Source: a virus
Taxonomy: Duplodnaviria; Caudoviricetes
IMG/VR virus record: IMGVR_UViG_3300049173_000052
Span: 509 to 64,508 of that record
DNA length: 64,000 nt
Reading direction: 5' to 3' (one strand)
Within the stretch, counting starts at the first letter, position 1; every line of letters starts with the position of its first letter. A program made the translations under genes and the position numbers. Under the pieces are notes generated by a model, which did not search any database, was not told where the DNA came from, and saw only the letters and a program-made list of their open reading frames with translations. Positions 61,366 through 64,000 of this stretch are shown piece by piece.

Positions 61366-62511
61366 TTAGTGGTGGTGGCCGTTGACGGCAGGAATCCGGC
61401 GGGGAGAGCCGCCGCGCTCGAGGGCGGCCTCGTTCTTCGCGATGAGGTGGAACGGCACCGAGTCACCCTTGGTGCGGCGGTGCGGCGGAGGCGCCTTACG
61501 GCCACCCTTCTGAGCCGCCTTCTGGGGCACCTTGGGAGCGGGGGGTAGATCGGACGCGACCTGCGAAGATCCAGGCTCCGAGAGGCGCCCTACAGGGGCC
61601 GGGTGGAGCAGTTCCAGCAGACGCCCGCGAGTGCTCACCGGGGAGCCGTTCACCGCATCCATGGCGTCGGCGAGAGCCTTGCTGGAAGCGAGCTGCTCGG
61701 CGTGCAGAGCCGGGGTCATGCCGGGGGTCCGCGTGCCGTACTTGATCTCCCAGGCGGAAGCGAACGCCTCCTCGAACGAGAGGGTGCCGTAGGGGGCTGC
61801 GGACACCAGCGTCTTGGCGAGGGTGACGACGGCCTTGTGGTCCTTGCGGCGCCGCCGCTCGTGCTTCTCGCGGGCCTTCGTCTCGGAACGCCGCTTCCGC
61901 TCCCCCGCGTCGAACGACAGCGTCATCACCCACTGGCGAACCTCGAAGAACAGCGGACCGAGCAGGGTCACCGCGGCGAGACCAAAGCCGACCGCCGGAG
62001 CGATGTGCCGGCCGTAGTCGTAGTTGATCCACGCCGCGAAGCTGGCGGCGCTCATAGCCAGGGCTCGCAGAAGCCAGCGCACCCAGCCGGGCAGCTTTCG
62101 CTCGTCGGCATAGGCGACGCCCGCGTTCATCACCCAGGCGGCGCCTTCAAGGGCGAACGGCAGGGGCAGCAGCATCAGCGAGATGGTGGCGAAGTGCATG
62201 ATCTGCGCGGGCAGGGACGCCAGCGCAGACGCGGTGACGAGTGCGAGGGTGCCGCGCCGGTAGACGATGCCAGGGGTGGTGTTCTTCGCCCAGGCCTGGG
62301 CGCGTTCGCGACGGCGTTCGCGCTTGTCGCGGCGCTTCTGCTGCTTCTCGGCGCGGGCCTCGGCCTTGTCGGCCTGCCGGTTGGTGCGGCGCCGCTCATC
62401 TTCGGCAGCCCGCATCTTCAGGACGCGTTCGGCGGCGGCGGCCTGGTCCAGGCGGCGCTGCTCAGCCTCGGCCGCCTGGTTCCGTCGGCGCTCGTCGCTC
62501 CAGCTGCTCAC
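61366..62511 (-). CDS. SpdB-like (DUF2637-like) membrane protein with coiled coils
   Basis: Charged coiled-coil N-terminus, about four TM helices, immediately upstream of traB. Confidence 0.72.
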   Translation of the reverse strand: MSSWSDERRRNQAAEAEQRRLDQAAAAERVLKMRAAEDERRRTNRQADKAEARAEKQQKRRDKRERRRERAQAWAKNTTPGIVYRRGTLALVTASALASLPAQIMHFATISLMLLPLPFALEGAAWVMNAGVAYADERKLPGWVRWLLRALAMSAASFAAWINYDYGRHIAPAVGFGLAAVTLLGPLFFEVRQWVMTLSFDAGERKRRSETKAREKHERRRRKDHKAVVTLAKTLVSAAPYGTLSFEEAFASAWEIKYGTRTPGMTPALHAEQLASSKALADAMDAVNGSPVSTRGRLLELLHPAPVGRLSEPGSSQVASDLPPAPKVPQKAAQKGGRKAPPPHRRTKGDSVPFHLIAKNEAALERGGSPRRIPAVNGHHH

Positions 62512-62533
62512 GGTGATCGATTCCTTCCGGGTT

Positions 62534-62737
62534 TCAGGCGGTGGCGGTCTTGGCGGGGGTGGGCCGGTGCTTCAGCCAGGCGGCGACGGCGGCGAGGGCC
62601 AGCACGGGCCCGGGGATCGCGGCAATGACCGCGGCGATCCCGTCCAGGCCCAGCGAGACCGGGGCGAGAGCAGCCGGCCACAAGCCGACGGTGATCAGGT
62701 AGAGGGCAAGAGCGGCCCAGGCGATGACGCGGAACAT
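62534..62737 (-). CDS. Small hydrophobic membrane protein (SpdA-like by context)
   Basis: 67 aa, two TM helices. Confidence 0.65.
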   Translation of the reverse strand: MFRVIAWAALALYLITVGLWPAALAPVSLGLDGIAAVIAAIPGPVLALAAVAAWLKHRPTPAKTATA

Positions 62738-62830
62738 GACGACCTCTTCGGGGTCGGAACGGACGGGATGGGGTGGTGCTGCGCCAGTTCTCCTTGGCCC
62801 ACGTGCGTGACGCGGGCCGCGGACAGCCGG

Positions 62831-63031
62831 TCAGCGGCGGCGGTGGCTGGCCTTGTGCTGACGAAGGGAGTCCTTGCAGGGTCGGCACTTGCGGACAGGG
62901 CCGTTGCCGACGACGCCGGGCGGGATGATCGCGCCGCAGATCGCCGGGGTGACACCGCGCTGCAGCTGGGGGTGGCAGTCGGGGCAGTGGAAGTGCATGT
63001 CCAGGACGGGCAGGCTGGCGTCGTACTTCAC
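62831..63031 (-). CDS. Small zinc-finger protein
   Basis: HFHCPDC...ICG...CRPC. Confidence 0.6.
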   Translation of the reverse strand: MKYDASLPVLDMHFHCPDCHPQLQRGVTPAICGAIIPPGVVGNGPVRKCRPCKDSLRQHKASHRRR

Positions 63032-63222
63032 GTGTCGTCCCCGTCCTCGATGCAGTGGCCGAGGATCCGCATCGAGGTGTCCTGCCGGTAGTCGCCGGAG
63101 TGGGCGGTCAGGTCGTAGGCCGCGTGGTGGCTGCCCGCGTTCAACTGCGCGGCAGCGGACTTCACCTCGGCCTCGGTGGGGCGGTAGCCCTTCGGCTCGG
63201 GACTGCGGCGGAACAGGGCCAC
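63028..63222 (-). CDS. Small hypothetical protein
   Basis: 64 aa, GAGGAG RBS. Confidence 0.6.
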   Translation of the reverse strand: MALFRRSPEPKGYRPTEAEVKSAAAQLNAGSHHAAYDLTAHSGDYRQDTSMRILGHCIEDGDDT

Positions 63223-63305
63223 GGTGGGCTCCTCTCGGTGGGTGGCGGAACGCTGAGCGGTTCCCCTCACCGCCCGGCACGCATCCGGGCGGATCGGGCA
63301 GCCGA

Positions 63306-63482
63306 TCAGCCGTTGTCGCGCTCGACCTGCACGTCGCCGTCGACGCGGTAGCCGTGCTTGGCCAGGCCCGTGTAGACCTGCCCCCGGGCGTCGCGCTCGT
63401 TTTCGGCGGAGACCGTGCCGGTGACCTCGCTCTTGCCGTTGGTGCGCACCTCGACGGCGTCGGTCTTGATCCTGAACTTCAT
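63306..63482 (-). CDS. Small hypothetical protein (58 aa)
   Basis: Manual translation MKFRIKTDAVEVRTNGKSEV...; GAGGA RBS; strong GC3. Confidence 0.65.
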   Translation of the reverse strand: MKFRIKTDAVEVRTNGKSEVTGTVSAENERDARGQVYTGLAKHGYRVDGDVQVERDNG

Positions 63483-63616
63483 GGGGATTCCTCTCGGTCA
63501 GTGAATGGGTGGTGGTGCGCGCCCCGGGCCCGAGTCGATCGGGCACCGTCGCGGCTGGTCCGGGGCTGGATGCCGGGCGGGGCAGGGGGATGGACCCCGC
63601 CCGGCGGATCAGGGGG

Positions 63617-63745
63617 TCAGCCGTCCAGTCCGGGCAGCAGGTCGGCTTCCTGGCACGGATCCGGCGCGGCCGGGTCGTAGCCGCACGCACATACGGCGGT
63701 CGGGTCGGCCGGGGTGCCGCAGTCCGGACACGGGCGGGGCGGCAT
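63617..63745 (-). CDS. 42-aa Cys-rich peptide
   Basis: CPDC...CAC; TGATG coupling. Confidence 0.45.
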   Translation of the reverse strand: MPPRPCPDCGTPADPTAVCACGYDPAAPDPCQEADLLPGLDG

Positions 63746-63945
63746 CAGGCGGCGGCCGGGAGGGCGGAGCCGTACAGCTCGTCGAGCAGCGACTCGCCCG
63801 GGTTGACCTCGTCGTAGCGGGCGGCCTCGGCGAGCAGCTCCAGCTGGGTGACGTCGTCGGAGGCGGCGAGGAAGCGGCGGATCAGGTCGGTGCGGTAGGC
63901 GGCATCCGACGACGGGGCGGACGTGATCAGGGCGAACGTGGGCAT
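63745..63945 (-). CDS. Small hypothetical protein
   Basis: 66 aa, GAGGA RBS. Confidence 0.6.
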   Translation of the reverse strand: MPTFALITSAPSSDAAYRTDLIRRFLAASDDVTQLELLAEAARYDEVNPGESLLDELYGSALPAAA

Positions 63946-64000
63946 GGCGGTGGATCCTCACTGGTCAGGTGGGGCGGAAAGGGGTGGGGTCAGGCGGTGG

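Larger units (their letters stand above)
1..64000. mobile_element. Temperate siphophage genome (phage/AICE hybrid), circularly permuted or tandem; extends beyond both window ends
   Basis: Terminase, portal, capsid, tail, tape measure, lysin/holin, integrase, repressor, replication and recombination genes all present; no recognisable host genes. Confidence 0.95.

Noticed and set aside
1-64000. Reverse transcriptase/DGR/retron, relaxase/T4SS, ParAB, RepSA rolling-circle initiator, Que biosynthesis genes, named defence systems
   Set aside because: No diagnostic motifs seen in this window; they may lie outside it.

Overview
The whole window is temperate-phage DNA from a high-GC actinomycete, most likely Streptomyces (inferred from codon bias and gene families). 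I recognised no host housekeeping genes. Reading the minus strand from the right end, the order is: plasmid/AICE-type transfer operon (Spd-like membrane proteins, FtsK/TraB translocase, clt-like repeats; 57.6-64 kb); an accessory virion module (collagen fibre with a CE4 deacetylase, SAM methyltransferase; 53-57 kb); HNH, candidate cos, terminase, portal, capsid, a GT4 glycosyltransferase, head-tail, tail and tape measure; lysis (29-31.4 kb); morons including a second tyrosine recombinase (22-29 kb); an intact attP-like site (21.66-21.90 kb); integrase and immunity switch; early genes (RecT/YqaJ, C5-MTase, initiator with iterons, DnaB-like helicase, lone TGT/DpdA-like enzyme); and a HTH/NUDIX cassette (1-3.1 kb). 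Both the attP-like site and the packaging region are internal, so this is a circular/episomal phage genome or a tandem-prophage junction. The main candidate novelty is a complete siphophage that also carries a TraB-clt-Spd conjugation module with Pif-like NUDIX genes. Two adjacent mini-genes resemble isolated host domains (FtsK gamma and DnaX tau C-terminus). All product calls come from motif recognition by eye; no database searches were run.
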